Shown here: piece by piece, positions 61,601-64,000 of the stretch
Layout: each line of letters begins with the position of its first letter
How positions within the stretch are numbered: the first letter of the stretch is position 1
Assembly: GCA_012295275.1 (NCBI GenBank)
Contig: CM022671.1
Span: 25,358,001-25,422,000, forward strand
Length of the DNA stretch: 64,000 nt
Reading direction: 5' to 3'
From: Chrysomallon squamiferum
Lineage: Eukaryota > Animalia > Mollusca
Translations under genes and position numbers: made by a program
Notes under the pieces: generated by a model
Databases searched by the model: none
What the model was told of the DNA's origin: nothing
Seen by the model: only the letters and a program-made list of their open reading frames with translations

Positions 61601-63928
61601 TAAGATTGATGTTTCTCAGAGCAACATACTGGATCTCTGGTTCTGCAGACAGAAGAGTTACCAGAGGAGGAGATAACTTCTTAATGAGGACTGAGACATA
61701 GTCACTGTTAGGGTCCAGCATCTCTATGTACTTCATAATCACTTTAACAGCTGACAGAACAACGGCTGCATTAGCATGGGCCAAACGAGGTGACACACGT
61801 TCACAAACACTGCAACACAAATATATTTAAAATTTAAAGATCTAAAACAACTAGTTAATTGTTATTCTCTTTACCTGATGAGAAACTGCTAACTGGTTTA
61901 CTACTTACTGTTACTTATATGCATTTTTAAGATATTATTGAAACAAAATATAAAAAAATATTTTGAACTTTAAAATGAAATAAAAAAAAGGCAAAGAAAT
62001 TATTTGTTAAACAAGGCAGATTTTATTTCAACCAGAATCAGGTTTTACCAGAAATGTATATTTTGAATGAAACATTTTACTCAGAAAATAACAATATCTT
62101 ATAACACTTTTAATAATAGTAAGAAGATTAAAAATATAAAAACAGGAAATTATTTTACCTCTGAGCCTCTTTGTCATCCTTTGGCATGTAATTGGAAATA
62201 GAATCCAGAATAAATACTTGACCCCATCTGTAAATAAATGAAGACCTCTTCAATCCATATAAAATACTGTCACTCATATTAGATATCGTAACAGTATCAC
62301 ACTATCATAAATAATTATTAATACTTCATACTGCACTGTAAAATAGGAAATAGCACAAAAGTTCTAGCAGCTTCAAGAAATAGGTGCTTTACAGAATGTA
62401 TGAAGGAAGTATACAGAATACCTGAAGCATGTGGAAATATATGATATAATTTTTTATTAAATATTATTTGAATAATTTATTTCGTTACTTACTCTGTGCA
62501 TTCATTGAGAGCTGTCAGCAGTTTGTTAATGGTGCTGGAATTCATTTCTAACACTTGCTGGGCTGTTGGTGATGCATCAAGAATTTCAGTGATAGCTGCC
62601 ACAGCATTAGCCACAACCTGTCAAAAGTCACAAATTAAAATATCTAAACAAATAATTTAATGCATGTGAAAAAAGATAATAAATCAATTATGAAAGACTG
62701 TTAATACGAAGCAACAATGGAATAGAGTGTAAATTAAAAATTACTTTTTATTAGTGTTGTACATTTCTTTATTAAGAAAAGAAATAGTAATAATACTATG
62801 TGAGTACACTATTCTTACTTAACTGCTTTTCTTTTTTTTAAATTCTTAATTCACAAACACAAATACATGCACAGATACACACATACACACACAATTATCC
62901 TTACGTTAAAAAAAAAAAAAAAAAATTATAATAATAATAAAATGAAGTGATAGAGAACACATACTGAGTAAAATTAAGTGGGACATATAAAATTTAAGAT
63001 CAGTAAATATTTTCCAGCAAAATAAAAGTGAACAACACAAACCATGGGATTGGAGTCTGACAACAAATCACGAAGCAGATCCAGAAAACCTTGATCTTCC
63101 ACTAGCTGAGCATTGATGTCATGCAGTTTGGCCACACAAACAGCTGCAGTTTTCCTCACATATGGATCCTCATCTTTCAGACATTTGCGCAGAGGTTCAC
63201 AGAGATATTCAGTGATTTTATCCACACGAATGCAGCCCATAGTTCTAACTGCTAAAGCTCTGATTAAAGGATTGGAATCTTCACAATCCTGTAAAATTTA
63301 AATAAATATAACTACAGAGTGATAGATAATGTGGAATAACTAAACAAGCAAAATTAGTGAAAGTTCATTTTTTTTCTCTTATATGAAAATATCAAAATAG
63401 CATTCCTTATTTTAGTGTTTACAGAAAATGAAGAAAAAATATGAATGAAACACCTGTCCATAAACAATTAATTAAAATCATGAATGGTTCTTTTTGCAAC
63501 ATTTTTTTTTTTCAGATCATATTACTTTGGAATCATATTTCAAAATATTTTTTGATGTTGAATAGTAAATATTATTTTTATAGATGCTTCACAGTGCTTT
63601 TTAATATCACTTCTAATCTTTATTGATTGGGTGACTGTTTTGGTTTGGGGATATTTGTTTCTACAAAATTGCTTTCATGTACTGCAGAAAAAATATTCAG
63701 TCACTTTTTTTTATATATTCAGTTATTTTATCTATCAAACAAAAGAAATCAAAATCAGGATGAATTTGTTAAAATAAAAGATGTTTACAAACCTTGACAA
63801 ACGTGTTCACTGCCATGATAGCCATATCAGGCTGACTTTTGGCATAGTTCATCAGATAAAGATAAACAAGTTTCTTCAACTCAAGATTGTCTGTTTGCAT
63901 ACAGTTAACAACATCTGGAAACAGCGCA
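55607..63928 (-). CDS. AP1B1: AP-1/AP-2 complex subunit beta (beta-adaptin), partial at the 5' end; one +1 frameshift as assembled
   Basis: Exons 63793-63928, 63043-63288, 62493-62617, 62159-62227, 61588-61809, 61120-61260, 60708-60873, 60251-60339, 59811-59913, 59400-59498, 58975-59232, 58413-58644, 57920-58012, 57432-57577, 57095-57224, 56459-56630, 55942-56096, 55607-55681. Motifs [88 protein letters not shown], hinge clathrin box LLDID and C-terminal LSLKCRA..ILHN*. Invertebrates typically have one gene co-orthologous to AP1B1 and AP2B1. Confidence 0.95.
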
Positions 63929-64000
63929 CTAAAAAAACAAAGAAATGCAATTAGGAATTAAAAACAATAATATATACAAAAATGTTAAAAATATTAAAAA

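Overview
AT-rich, intron-dense animal genomic DNA. It is an invertebrate and looks mollusc-like, but the taxon cannot be fixed from this sequence. Eight spliced housekeeping genes are packed as three head-to-head pairs plus two partial end genes: 14-3-3 epsilon (+, 5' end outside window), FTSJ3/Spb1 (-) with eIF3c (+), RPL6 (-) with INO80E (+), an uncharacterised Castor-like zinc-finger/coiled-coil gene (-) with ADAT2 (+, single coding exon), and the AP-1/AP-2 beta adaptin (-, 5' end outside window). Exon chains were traced by hand using GT/AG boundaries and phase. The main non-obvious signals are: (1) four tandem SNORA58-type box H/ACA snoRNAs in one eIF3c intron, with consensus-grade AG|GTAAGT sites in two of the three spacers, suggesting the intron is cut into per-snoRNA lariats by recursive or micro-exon splicing; (2) an eIF3c C-terminal tail built from tandemly duplicated 30-45 nt RG-rich micro-exons, with a 183 bp foldback hairpin among them and a candidate poison micro-exon upstream; (3) single-base frameshifts in eIF3c and beta-adaptin that are probably consensus errors; (4) an eL6 that lacks the usual N-terminal conserved motif; and (5) a TA-flanked pogo/Tigger-like MITE. 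Most short ORFs in the supplied track are intronic or antisense noise.
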